From Eledone cirrhosa (lineage: Eukaryota): a stretch of DNA of 64,000 bases. Location of the stretch: assembly GCA_964016885.1 (NCBI GenBank), contig OZ024742.1, forward strand, positions 28,954,001-29,018,000, read 5' to 3'. A program made the translations under genes and the position numbers. How positions within the stretch are numbered: position 1 is the stretch's first letter; each line of letters opens with the position of its first letter. The notes beneath the pieces are model-generated. The model did not search any database and was not told the origin of the DNA. It saw nothing but the letters and a program-made list of their open reading frames with translations. This document shows, piece by piece, positions 14,701 through 28,099 of the stretch.

Positions 14701-17150
14701 CAATACATCCCACGTCTTGAGACACATGAAGCAGCCAAAGTGGTCCAATGACCACAGTCAGTTGTATCTACCAATACATCCCACGTCTTGAGACACATGA
14801 GGCAGCCAAAGTGGTCCAATGACCACAGTCAGTTGTATCTACCAATACATGCCACGTCTTGAGACACATGAGGCTGCCAAAGTGGTCCAATGACCACAGT
14901 CAGTTGTATCTACCAATACAACCCACGTCTTGAGACACATGAGGCAGCCAAAGTGGTCCGATGACCACAGTCAGTTGTATCTACCAATACATGCCACGTC
15001 TTGAGACACATGAGGCAGCCAAAGTGGTCGAATGACCACGGTCAGTTACATCTGTCAATACATCCCACGTCTTGAGACACATGAGGCAGCCAAAGTGGTC
15101 CAATGAGCACAGTCAGTTGTATCTACCAATACATCCCATGTCTTGAGACACCTGAGGCAGCCAAAGTGGTCCAATGACCACGGTCAGTTGTATCTACCAA
15201 TACATGCCACGTCTTGAGAAACATGAGGCAGCCAAAGTGGTCCAATGACCACGGTCAGTTGTATCTACCAATACATGCCACGTCTTGAGACACATGAGGC
15301 AGCCAAAGTGGTCCAATGACCACAGTCAGTTGTATCTACCAATACATCCCATGTCTTGAGACACATGAAGCAGCCAAAGTGGTCCAATGACCACAGTCAG
15401 TTGTATCTACCAATACATGCCACGTCTTGAGACACATGAGGCAGCCAAAGTGGTCCAATGACCACAGTCAGTTGTATCTACCAATACATGCCACGTCTTG
15501 AGACACATGAGGCAGCCAAAGTGGTCCAATGAACACAGTCAGTTATATCTACCAATACATCCCATGTCTTGAGACACATGAGGCAGCCAAAGTGGTCCAA
15601 TGACCACAGTCAGTTGTATCTACCAATACATCCCACGTCTTGAGACACATGAAGCAGCCAAAGTGGTCCAATGACCACAGTCAGTTGTATCTACCAATAC
15701 ATCCCATGTCTTGAGACACATGAGGCAGCCAAAGTGGTCCAATGACCACTGTCAGTTGTATCTACCAATATATGCCACGTCTTGAGACACATGAGGCAGC
15801 CAAAGTGGTCCAATGACCACAGTCAGTTGTATCTACCAATACATCCCATGTCTTGTGACACATGAGGCAGCCAAAGTGGTCCAATGACCACAGTCAGTTG
15901 TATCTACCAATACATCCCACGTCTTGAGACACATGAGGCAGCCAAAGTGGTCCAATGACCACAGTCAGTTGTATCTACCAATACATCACACGTCTAGAGA
16001 CACATGAGGCAGCCAAAGTGGTCCAATGACCACAGTCTGTTGTATCTACCAATACATGCCACGTCTTGAGACACATGAGGCAGCCAAAGTGGTCCAATGA
16101 CCACAGTCAGTTGTATCTACCAATACATGCCACGTCTTGAGACACATGAGGCAGCCAAAGTGGTCCAATGACCACAGTCAGTTGTATCTACCAATACATC
16201 CCACGTCTTGAGACACATGAGGCAGCCAAAGTGCTCCAATGACCACAGTCTCTTGTATCTACCAATACATCCCACGTCTTGAGACACATGAGGCAGCCAA
16301 AGTGGTCCAATGACCACAGTCAGTTGTATCTACCAATACATGCCACGTCTTGAGACACATGAGGCAGCCAAAGTGGTCCAATGACCACAGTCAGTTGCAT
16401 CTACCAATACATGCCACGTCTTGAGACACATGAGTCAGCCAAAGTGGTCCAATGACCACAGTCAGTTGTATCTACCAATACATCCCACGTCTTGAGACAC
16501 ATGAGGCAGCCAAAGTGGTCCAATGACAACAGTCAGTTGTATCTACCAATACATCCCACGTCTTAAGACACATGAGGCAGCCAAAGTGGTCCAGTGACCA
16601 CGGTCCGTTGTATCTACCAATACATGCCACGTCTTGAGACACATGAAGCAGCCAAAGTGGTCCAATGACCACAGTCAGTTGTATCTGCCAATACATCCCA
16701 CGTCTTGAGACACATGAAGCAGCCAAAGTGGTCCAATGACCACGGTCAGTTGTATCTACCAATACATCCCACGTCTTGAGACACATGAAGCAGCCAAAGT
16801 GGTCCAATGACCACAGTCAGTTGTATCTACCAATACATCCCACGTCTTGAGACACATGAAGCAGCCAAAGTGGACAATGACCACAGTCAGTTGTATCTAC
16901 CAATACATGCCACGTCTTGAGACACATGAAGCAGCCAAAGTGGTCCAATGACCACGGTCAGTTATATCTACCTATACATCCCACGTCTTGAGACACATGA
17001 GGCAGCCAAAGTGGTCCAATGACCACAGTCAGTTGTATCTACCAATACATCCCACGTCTTGAGACACATGAAGCAGCCAAAGTGGTCCAATGACCACGTT
17101 CAGTTGTATCTACCAATACCTCCCAAGTCTTGAGACACATGAGGCAGCCA
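2750..17150. repeat. Satellite higher-order domain I (irregular HOR, ~17-37 monomers)
   Basis: The diagnostic monomer ATCACACGTCTAGAG (TCTAGA) occurs at 3781, 6266, 8893, 11023, 12230, 13934 and 15993. Spacings are 35, 37, 30, 17, 24 and 29 x 71 bp. It was not seen to the right of ~16 kb. Confidence 0.9.
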
Positions 17151-20100
17151 AAGTGGTCTAATGACCACAGTCAGTTGTATCTACCAATACATGCCACGTC
17201 TTGAGAAACATGAGGCAGCCAAAGTGGTCCAATGACCACGGTCAGTTGTATCTACCAATACATGCCACGTCTTGAGACACATGAGGCAGCCAAAGTGGTC
17301 CAATGACCACAGTCAGTTGTATCTACCAATACATCCCATGTCTTGAGACACATGAAGCAGCCAAAGTGGTCCAATGACCACAGTCAGTTGTATCTACCCA
17401 TACATGCCACGTCTTGAGACACATGAGGCAGCCAAAGTGGTCCAATGACCACAGTCAGTTGTATCTACCAATACATGCCACGTCTTGAGACACATGAGGC
17501 AGACAAAGTGGTCCAATGACCACTGTCAGTTATATCTACCAATACATCCCATGTCTTGAGACACATGAGGCAGCCAAATTGGTCCAATGACCACAGTCAG
17601 TTGTATCTACCAATACATCCCACGTCTTGAGACACATGAGGCAGCCAAAGTGGTCCAATGACCACAGTCAGTTGTATCTACCAATACATCCCATGTCTTG
17701 AGACACATGAAGCAGCCAAAGTGGTCCAATGACCACGGTCAGTTGTATCTACCAATACATCCCACGTCTTGAGACACATGAAGCAGCCAAAGTGGTCCAA
17801 TGACCACAGTCAGTTGTATCTACCAATACATCCCACGTCTTGAGACACATGAGGCAGCCAAAGTGGTCCAATGACCACAGTCAGTTGTATCTACCAATAC
17901 ATGCCACGTCTTGAGACACATGAGGCAGCCAAAGTGGTCCAATGACCACAGTCAGTTGTATCTACCAATACATGCCACGTCTTGAGACACATGAGGTAGC
18001 CAAAGTGGTCCAATGACCACAGTCAGTTGTATCTACCAATACATCCCACGTCTTGAGACACATGAGGCAGCCAAAGTGGTCCAATGACCACAGTCAGTTG
18101 TATCTACCAATACATCCCACGTCTTGAGACACATGAGGCAGCCAAAGTGGTCCAATGACCACAGTCAGTTGTATCTACCAATACATGCCACGTCTTGAGA
18201 CACATGAGGCAGCCAAAGTGGTCCAATGAGCACAGTCAGTTGTATCTACCAATACATCCCACGTCTTGAGACACCTGAGGCAGCCAAAGTGGTCCAATGA
18301 CCACGGTCAGTTGTATCTACCAATACATGCCACGTCTTGAGAAACATGAGGCAGCCAAAGTGGTCCAATGACCACGGTCAGTTGTATCTACCAATACATG
18401 CCACGTCTTGAGACACATGAGGCAGCCAAAGTGGTCCAATGACCACAGTCAGTTATATCTACCAATACATCCCATGTCTTGAGACACATGAGGCAGCCAA
18501 AGTGGTCCAATGACCACAGTCAGTTGTATCTACCAATACCTCCCACGTCTTGAGACACATGAGGCAGCCAAAGTGGTCTAATGACCACAGTCAGTTGTAT
18601 CTACCAATACATCCCATGTCTTGAGACACATGAGGCAGCCAAAGTAGTCCAATGACCACAGTCAGTTGTATCGACCAATACATCCCACGTCTTGAGACAC
18701 ATGAGGCAGCCAAAGTGGTCCAATGACCACAGTCAGTTGTATCTACCAATACATCCCATGTCTTGAGACACATGAAGCAGCCAAAGTGGTCCAATGACCA
18801 CAGTCAGTTGTATCTACCAATACATCCCATGTCTTGAGACACACGAGGCAGCCAAAGTGGTCCAATGACCACAGTCAGTTGTATCTACCAATACATGCCA
18901 CGTCTTGAGACACACGAGGCAGCCAAAGTGGTCCAATGACCACAGTCAGTTGTATCTACCAATACATGCCACGTCTTGAGACACATGAGGCAGCCAAAGT
19001 GGTCCAATGACCACAGTCAGTTGTATCTACCAATACATCCCACGTCTTGAGACACACGAGGCAGCCAAAGTGGTCCAATGACCACAGTCAGTTGTATCTA
19101 CCAATACATGCCACGTCTTGAGACACATGAGGCAGCCAAAGTGGTCCAATGAGCACAGTCAGTTGTATCTACCAATACATCCCACGTCTTGAGACACCTG
19201 AGGCAGCCAAAGTGGTCCAATGACCACGGTCAGTTGTATCTACCAATACATGCCACGTCTTGAGAAACATGAGGCAGCCAAAGTGGTCTAATGACCACGG
19301 TCAGTTGTATCTACCAATACATGCCACGTCTTGAGACACATGAGGCAGCCAAAGTGGTCCAATGACCACAGTCAGTTGTATCTACCAATACATCCCATGT
19401 CTTGAGACACATGAAGCAGCCAAAGTGGTCCAATGACCACAGTCAGTTGTATCTACCAATACATGCCACGTCTTGAGACACATGAGGCAGCCAAAGTGGT
19501 CCAATGACCACAGTCAGTTGTATCTACCAATACATCCCACGTCTTGAGACACATGAGGCAGCCAAAGTGGTCCAATGACCACAGTCAGTTGTATCTACCA
19601 ATACATCCCACGTCTTGAGACACATGAGGCAGCCTAAGTGGTCCAATGACCACAGTCAGTTGTATCTACCAATACATGCCACGTCTTGAGACACATGAGG
19701 CAGCCAAAGTGGTCCAATGAGCACAGTCAGTGGTATCTACCAATACATCCCACGTCTTGAGACACCTGAGGCAGCCAAAGTGGTCCAATGACCACGGTCA
19801 GTTGTATCTACCAATACATGCCACGTCTTGAGAAACATGAGGCAGCCAAAGTGGTCCAATGACCACGGTCAGTTGTATCTACCAATACATGCCACGTCTT
19901 GAGACACATGAGGCAGCCAAAGTGGTCCAATGACCACAGTTAGTTGTATCTACCAATACATGCCACGTCTTGAGACACATGAAGCAGCCAAAGTGGTCCA
20001 ATGACCACGGTCAGTTATATCTACCTATACATCCCACGTCTTGAGACACATGAGGCAGCCAAAGTGGTCCAATGACCACAGTCAGTTGTATCTACCAATA

Positions 20101-23100
20101 CATCCCACGTCTTGAGACACATGAAGCAGCCAAAGTGGTCCAATGACCACGGTCAGTTGTATCTACCAATACATGCCACGTCTTGAGACACATGAGGCAG
20201 CCAAAGTGGTCCAATGACCACAGTCAGTTGTATCTACCAATACATGCCACGTCTTGAGACACATGAGGCAGCCAAAGTGGTCCAATGACCACAGTCAGTT
20301 GTATCTACCAATACATCCCATGTCTTGAGACACATGAAGCAGCCAAAGTGGTCCAATGACCACAGTCAGTTGTATCTACACATACATGCCACGTCTTGAG
20401 ACACATGAGGCAGCCAAAGTGGTCCAATGACCACAGTCAGTTGTATCTACCAATACATGCCACGTCTTGAGACACATGAGGCAGACAAAGTGGTCCAATG
20501 ACCACAGTCAGTTATATCTACCAATACATCCCATGTCTTGAGACACATGAAGCAGCCAAAGTGGTCCAATGACCACAGTCAGTTGTATCTACCAATACAT
20601 CCCACGTCTTGAGACACATGAGGCAGCCAAAGTGGTCCAATGACCACAGTCAGTTGTATCTACCAATACATCCCATGTCTTGAGACACATGAAGCAGCCA
20701 AAGTGGTCCAATGACCACGGTCAGTTGTATCTACCAATACATCCCACGTCTTGAGACACATGAAGCAGCCAAAGTGGTCCAATGACCACAGTCAGTTGTA
20801 TCTACCAATACATCCCACGTCTTGAGACACATGAGGCAGCCAAAGTGGTCCAATGACCACAGTCAGTTGTATCTACCAATACATGCCACGTCTTGAGACA
20901 CATGAGGCAGCCAAAGTGGTCCAATGACCACAGTCAGTTGTATCTACCAATACATGCCACGTCTTGAGACACATGAGGCAGCCAAAGTGGTCCAATGACC
21001 ACAGTCAGTTGTATCTACCAATACATCCCACGTCTTGAGACACATGAGGCAGCCAAAGTGGTCCAATGACCACAGTCAGTTGTATCTACCAATACATCCC
21101 ACGTCTTGAGACACATGAGGCAGCCAAAGTGGTCCAATGACCACAGTCAGTTGTATCTACCAATACATGCCACGTCTTGAGACACATGAGGCAGCCAAAG
21201 TGGTCCAATGAGCACAGTCAGTTGTATCTACCAATACATCCCACGTCTTGAGACACCTGAGGCAGCCAAAGTGGTCCAATGACCACGGTCAGTTGTATCT
21301 ACCAATACATGCCACGTCTTGAGAAACATGAGGCAGCCAAAGTGGTCCAATGACCACGGTCAGTTGTATCTACCAATACATGCCACGTCTTGAGACACAT
21401 GAGGCAGCCAAAGTGGTCCAATGACCACAGTCAGTTGTATCTACCAATACATCCCATGTCTTGAGACACATGAAGCAGCCAAAGTGGTCCAATGACCACA
21501 GTCAGTTGTATCTACCCATACATGCCACGTCTTGAGACACATGAGGCAGCCAAAGTGGTCCAATGACCACAGTCAGTTGTATCTACCAATACATGCCACG
21601 TCTTGAGACACATGAGGCAGACAAAGTGGTCCAATGACCACAGTCAGTTATATCTACCAATACATCCCATGTCTTGAGACACATGAGGCAGCCAAAGTGG
21701 TCCAATGACCACAGTCAGTTGTATCTACCAATACCTCCCACGTCTTGAGACACATGAGGCAGCCAAAGTGGTCTAATGACCACAGTTAGTTGTATCTACC
21801 AATACATCCCATGTCTTGAGACACATGAGGCAGCCAAAGTAGTCCAATGACCACAGTCAGTTGTATCGACCAATACATCCCACGTCTTGAGACACATGAG
21901 GCAGCCAAAGTGGTCCAATGACCACAGTCAGTTGTATCTACCAATACATCCCATGTCTTGAGACACATGAAGCAGCCAAAGTGGTCCAATGACCACAGTC
22001 AGTTGTATCTACCAATACATCCCATGTCTTGAGACACACGAGGCAGCCAAAGTGGTCCAATGACCACAGTCAGTTGTATCTACCAATACATGCCACGTCT
22101 TGAGACACATGAGGCAGCCAAAGTGGTCCAATGACCACAGTCAGTTGTATCTACCAATACATGCCACGTCTTGAGACACATGAGGCAGCCAAAGTGGTCC
22201 AATGACCACAGTCAGTTGTATCTACCAATACATCCCACGGCTTGAGACACATGAGGCAGCCAAAGTGGTCCAATGACCACAGTCAGTTGTATCTACCAAT
22301 ACATCCCACGTCTTGAGACACATGAGGCAGCCAAAGTGGTCCAGTGACCACAGTCAGTTGTATCTACCAATACATGCCACGTCTTGAGACACATGAGGCA
22401 GCCAAAGTGGTCCAATGAGCACAGTCAGTTGTATCTACCAATACATCCCACGTCTTGAGACACCTGAGGCAGCCAAAGTGGTCCAATGATCACGGTCAGT
22501 TGTATCTACCAATACATCCCACATCTTGAGAAACATGAGGCAGCCAAAGTGGTCCAATGACCACGGTCAGTTGTATCTACCAATACATGCCACGTCTTGA
22601 GACACATGAGGCAGCCAAAGTGGTCCAATGACCACAGTCAGTTGTATCTACCAATACATCCCATGTCTTGAGACACATGAAGCAGCCAAAGTGGTCCAAT
22701 GACCACAGTCAGTTGTATCTACCCATACATGCCACGTCTTGAGACACATGAGGCAGCCAAAGTGGTCCAATGACCACAGTCAGTTGTATCTACCAATACA
22801 TGCCACGTCTTGAGACACATGAGGCAGCCAAAGTGGTCCACTAACCACAGTCAGTTGTATCTACCAATACATGCCACGTCTTGAGACACATGAGGCAGCC
22901 AAAGTGGTCCAATGACCACAGTCAGTTGTATCTACCAATACATGCCACGTCTTGAGACACATGAGGCAGCCAAAGTGGTCCAATGACCACAGTCAGTTGT
23001 ATCTACCAATACATCCCACGTCTTGAGACACATGAGGCAGCCAAAGTGGTCCAATGACCACAGTCAGTTGTATCTACCAATACATCCCACGTCTTGAGAC

Positions 23101-23429
23101 ACATGAGGCAGCCAAAGTGGTCCAATGACCACAGTCAGTTGTATCTACCAATACATGCCACGTCTTGAGACACATGAGGCAGCCAAAGTGGTCCAATGAG
23201 CACAGTCAGTGGTATCTACCAATACATCCATACGTCTTGAGACACCTGAGGCAGCCAAAGTGGTCTAATGACCACAGTCAGTTGTATCTACCAATACATG
23301 CCACGTCTTGAGAAACATGAGGCAGCCAAAGTGGTCCAATGACCACGGTCAGTTGTATCTACCAATACATGCCACGTCTTGAGACACATGAGGCAGCCAA
23401 AGTGGTCCAATGACCACAGTCAGTTGTAT

Positions 23430-26400
23430 CTACCAATACATCCCATGTCTTGAGACACATGAAGCAGCCAAAGTGGTCCAATGACCACAGTCAGTTGTAT
23501 CTACCCATACATGCCACGTCTTGAGACACATGAGGCAGCCAAAGTGGTCCAATGACCACAGTCAGTTGTATCTACCAATACATGACACGTCTTGAGACAC
23601 ATGAGGCAGACAAAGTGGTCCAATGACCACAGTCGGTTATATCTACCAATACATCCCATGTCTTGAGACACATGAGGCAGCCAAAGTGGTCCAATGACCA
23701 CAGTCAGTTGTATCTACCAATACATCCCACGTCTTGAGACACATGAGGCAGCCAAAGTGGTCCAATGACCACAGTCAGTTGTATCTACCAATACATCCCA
23801 TGTCTTGAGACACATGAAGCAGCCAAAGTGGTCCAATGACCACGGTCAGTTGTATCTACCAATACATCCCACGTCTTGAGACACATGAAGCAGCCAAAGT
23901 GGTCCAATGACCACAGTCAGTTGTATCTACCAATACATCCCACGTCTTGAGACACATGAGGCAGCCAAAGTGGTCCAATGACCACAGTCAGTTGTATCTA
24001 CCAATACATGCCACGTCTTGAGACACATGAGGCAGCCAAAGTGGTCCAATGACCACAGTCAGTTGTATCTACCAATACATGCCACGTCTTGAGACACATG
24101 AGGCAGCCAAAGTGGTCCAATGACCACAGTCAGTTGTATCTACCAATACATCCCACGTCTTGAGACACATGAGGCAGCCAAAGTGGTCCAATGACCACAG
24201 TCAGTTGTATCTACCAATACATCCCACGTCTTGAGACACATGAGGCAGCCAAAATGGTCCAATGACCACAGTCAGTTGTATCTACCAATACATCCCACGT
24301 CTTGAGACACCTGAGGCAGCCAAAGTGGTCCAATGACCACGGTCAGTTGTATCTACCAATACATGCCACGTCTTGAGAAACATGAGGCAGCCAAAGTGGT
24401 CCAATGACCACGGTCAGTTGTATCTACCAATACATGCCACGTCTTGAGACACATGAGGCAGCCAAAGTGGTCCAATGACCACAGTCAGTTGTATCTACCA
24501 ATACATCCCATGTCTTGAGACACATGAAGCAGCCAAAGTGGTCCAATGACCACAGTCAGTTGTATCTACCCATACACGCCACGTCTTGAGACACATGAGG
24601 CAGCCAAAGTGGTCCAATGACCACAGTCAGTTGTATCTACCAATACATGCCACGTCTTGAGACACATGAGGCAGACAAAGTGGTCCAATGACCACAGTCA
24701 GTTATATATACCAATACATCCCATGTCTTGAGACACATGAGGCAGCCAAAGTGGTCCAATGACCACAGTCAGTTGTATCTACCAATACCTCCCACGTCTT
24801 GAGACACATGAGGCAGCCAAAGTGGTCTAATGACCACAGTCAGTTGTATCTACCAATACATCCCATGTCTTGAGACACATGAGGCAGCCAAAGTGGTCCA
24901 ATGACCACAGTCAGTTGTATCGACCAATACATCCCACGTCTTGAGACACATGAGGCAGCCAAAGTGGTCCAATGACCACAGTCAGTTGTATCTACCAATA
25001 CATCCCATGTCTTGAGACACATGAAGCAGCCAAAGTGGTCCAATGACCACAGTCAGTTGTATCTACCAATACATCCCATGTCTTGAGACACACGAGGCAG
25101 CCAAAGTGGTCCAATGACCACAGTCAGTTGTATCTACCAATACATGCCACGTCTTGAGACACATGAGGCAGCCAAAGTGGTCCAATGACCACAGTCAGTT
25201 GTATCTACCAATACATCCCACGTCTTGAGACACATGAGGCAGCCAAAGTGGTCCAATGACCACAGTCAGTTGTATCTACCAATACATCCCATGTCTTGAG
25301 ACACACGAGGCAGCCAAAGTGGTCCAATGACCACAGTCAGTTGTATCTACCAATACATCCCATGTCTTGAGACACATGAAGCAGCCAAAGTGGTCCAATG
25401 ACCACAGTCAGTTGTATCTACCCATACATGCCACGTCTTGAGACACATGAGGCAGCCAAAGTGGTCCAATGACCACAGTCAGTTGTATCTACCAATACAT
25501 GACACGTCTTGAGACACATGAGGCAGACAAAGTGGTCCAATGACCACAGTCGGTTATATCTACCAATACATCCCATGTCTTGAGACACATGAGGCAGCCA
25601 AAGTGGTCCAATGACCACAGTCAGTTGTATCTACCAATACATCCCACGTCTTGAGACACATGAGGCAGCCAAAGTGGTCCAATGACCACAGTCAGTTGTA
25701 TCTACCAATACATCCCATGTCTTGAGACACATGAAGCAGCCAAAGTGGTCCAATGACCACGGTCAGTTGTATCTACCAATACATCCCACGTCTTGAGACA
25801 CATGAAGCAGCCAAAGTGGTCCAATGACCACAGTCAGTTGTATCTACCAATACATCCCACGTCTTGAGACACATGAGGCAGCCAAAGTGGTCCAATGACC
25901 ACAGTCAGTTGTATCTACCAATACATGCCACGTCTTGAGACACATGAGGCAGCCAAAGTGGTCCAATGACCACAGTCAGTTGTATCTACCAATACATGCC
26001 ACGTCTTGAGACACATGAGGCAGCCAAAGTGGTCCAATGACCACAGTCAGTTGTATCTACCAATACATCCCACGTCTTGAGACACATGAGGCAGCCAAAG
26101 TGGTCCAATGACCACAGTCAGTTGTATCTACCAATACATCCCACGTCTTGAGACACATGAGGCAGCCAAAATGGTCCAATGACCACAGTCAGTTGTATCT
26201 ACCAATACATCCCACGTCTTGAGACACCTGAGGCAGCCAAAGTGGTCCAATGACCACGGTCAGTTGTATCTACCAATACATGCCACGTCTTGAGAAACAT
26301 GAGGCAGCCAAAGTGGTCCAATGACCACGGTCAGTTGTATCTACCAATACATGCCACGTCTTGAGACACATGAGGCAGCCAAAGTGGTCCAATGACCACA

Positions 26401-27260
26401 GTCAGTTGTATCTACCAATACATCCCATGTCTTGAGACACATGAAGCAGCCAAAGTGGTCCAATGACCACAGTCAGTTGTATCTACCCATACACGCCACG
26501 TCTTGAGACACATGAGGCAGCCAAAGTGGTCCAATGACCACAGTCAGTTGTATCTACCAATACATGCCACGTCTTGAGACACATGAGGCAGACAAAGTGG
26601 TCCAATGACCACAGTCAGTTATATATACCAATACATCCCATGTCTTGAGACACATGAGGCAGCCAAAGTGGTCCAATGACCACAGTCAGTTGTATCTACC
26701 AATACCTCCCACGTCTTGAGACACATGAGGCAGCCAAAGTGGTCTAATGACCACAGTCAGTTGTATCTACCAATACATCCCATGTCTTGAGACACATGAG
26801 GCAGCCAAAGTGGTCCAATGACCACAGTCAGTTGTATCGACCAATACATCCCACGTCTTGAGACACATGAGGCAGCCAAAGTGGTCCAATGACCACAGTC
26901 AGTTGTATCTACCAATACATCCCATGTCTTGAGACACATGAAGCAGCCAAAGTGGTCCAATGACCACAGTCAGTTGTATCTACCAATACATCCCATGTCT
27001 TGAGACACACGAGGCAGCCAAAGTGGTCCAATGACCACAGTCAGTTGTATCTACCAATACATGCCACGTCTTGAGACACATGAGGCAGCCAAAGTGGTCC
27101 AATGACCACAGTCAGTTGTATCTACCAATACATCCCACGTCTTGAGACACATGAGGCAGCCAAAGTGGTCCAATGACCACAGTCAGTTGTATCTACCAAT
27201 ACATCCCATGTCTTGAGACACACGAGGCAGCCAAAGTGGTCCAATGACCACAGTCAGTTG
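23430..27260. repeat. Tandem duplication of a 27-monomer (1917 bp) block
   Basis: Identical ORF pairs 23501/25418 and 24840/26757 are both offset by 1917 = 27x71. Private variants (CATGACACG, GTCGGTTAT, ATACACGCC, TTATATATACC) are shared. Boundaries are approximate. Confidence 0.9.
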
Positions 27261-28099
27261 TATCTACCAATACATCCCATGTCTTGAGACACACGAGGCA
27301 GCCAAAGTGGTCCAATGACCACAGTCAGTTGTATCTACCAATACATCCCATGTCTTGAGACACACGAGGCAGCCAAAGTGGTCCAATGACCACAGTCAGT
27401 TGTATCTACCAATACATGCCACGTCTTGAGACACACGAGGCAGCCAAAGTGGTCCAATGACCACAGTCAGTTGTATCTACCAATACATCCCATGTCTTGA
27501 GACACACGAGGCAGCCAAAGTGGTCCAATGACCACAGTCAGTTGTATCTACCAATACATCCCATGTCTTGAGACACACGATGCAGCCAAAGTGGTCCAAT
27601 GACCACAGTCAGTTGTATCTACCAATACATCCCATGTCTTGAGACACACGAGGCAGCCAAAGTGGTCCAATGACCACAGTCAGTTGTATCTACCAATACA
27701 TGCCACGTCTTGAGACACATGAGGCAGCCAAAGTGGTCCAATGACCACAGTCAGTTGTATCTACCAATACATGCCACGTCTTGAGACACATGAGGCAGCC
27801 AAAGTGGTCCAATGACCACAGTCAGTTGTATCTACCAATACATCCCACGTCTTGAGACACATGAGGCAGCCAAAGTGGTCCAATGACCACAGTCAGTTGT
27901 ATCTACCAATACATGCCACGTCTTGAGACACATGAGGCAGCCAAAGTGGTCCAATAAGCACATTCAGTTGTGTCTACCAATACATCCCACGTCTTGAGAC
28001 ACCTGAGGCAGCCAAAGTGGTCCAATGACCACGGTCAGTTGTATCTACCAATACATGCCACGTCTTGAGAAACATGAGGCAGCCAAAGTGGTCCAATGA

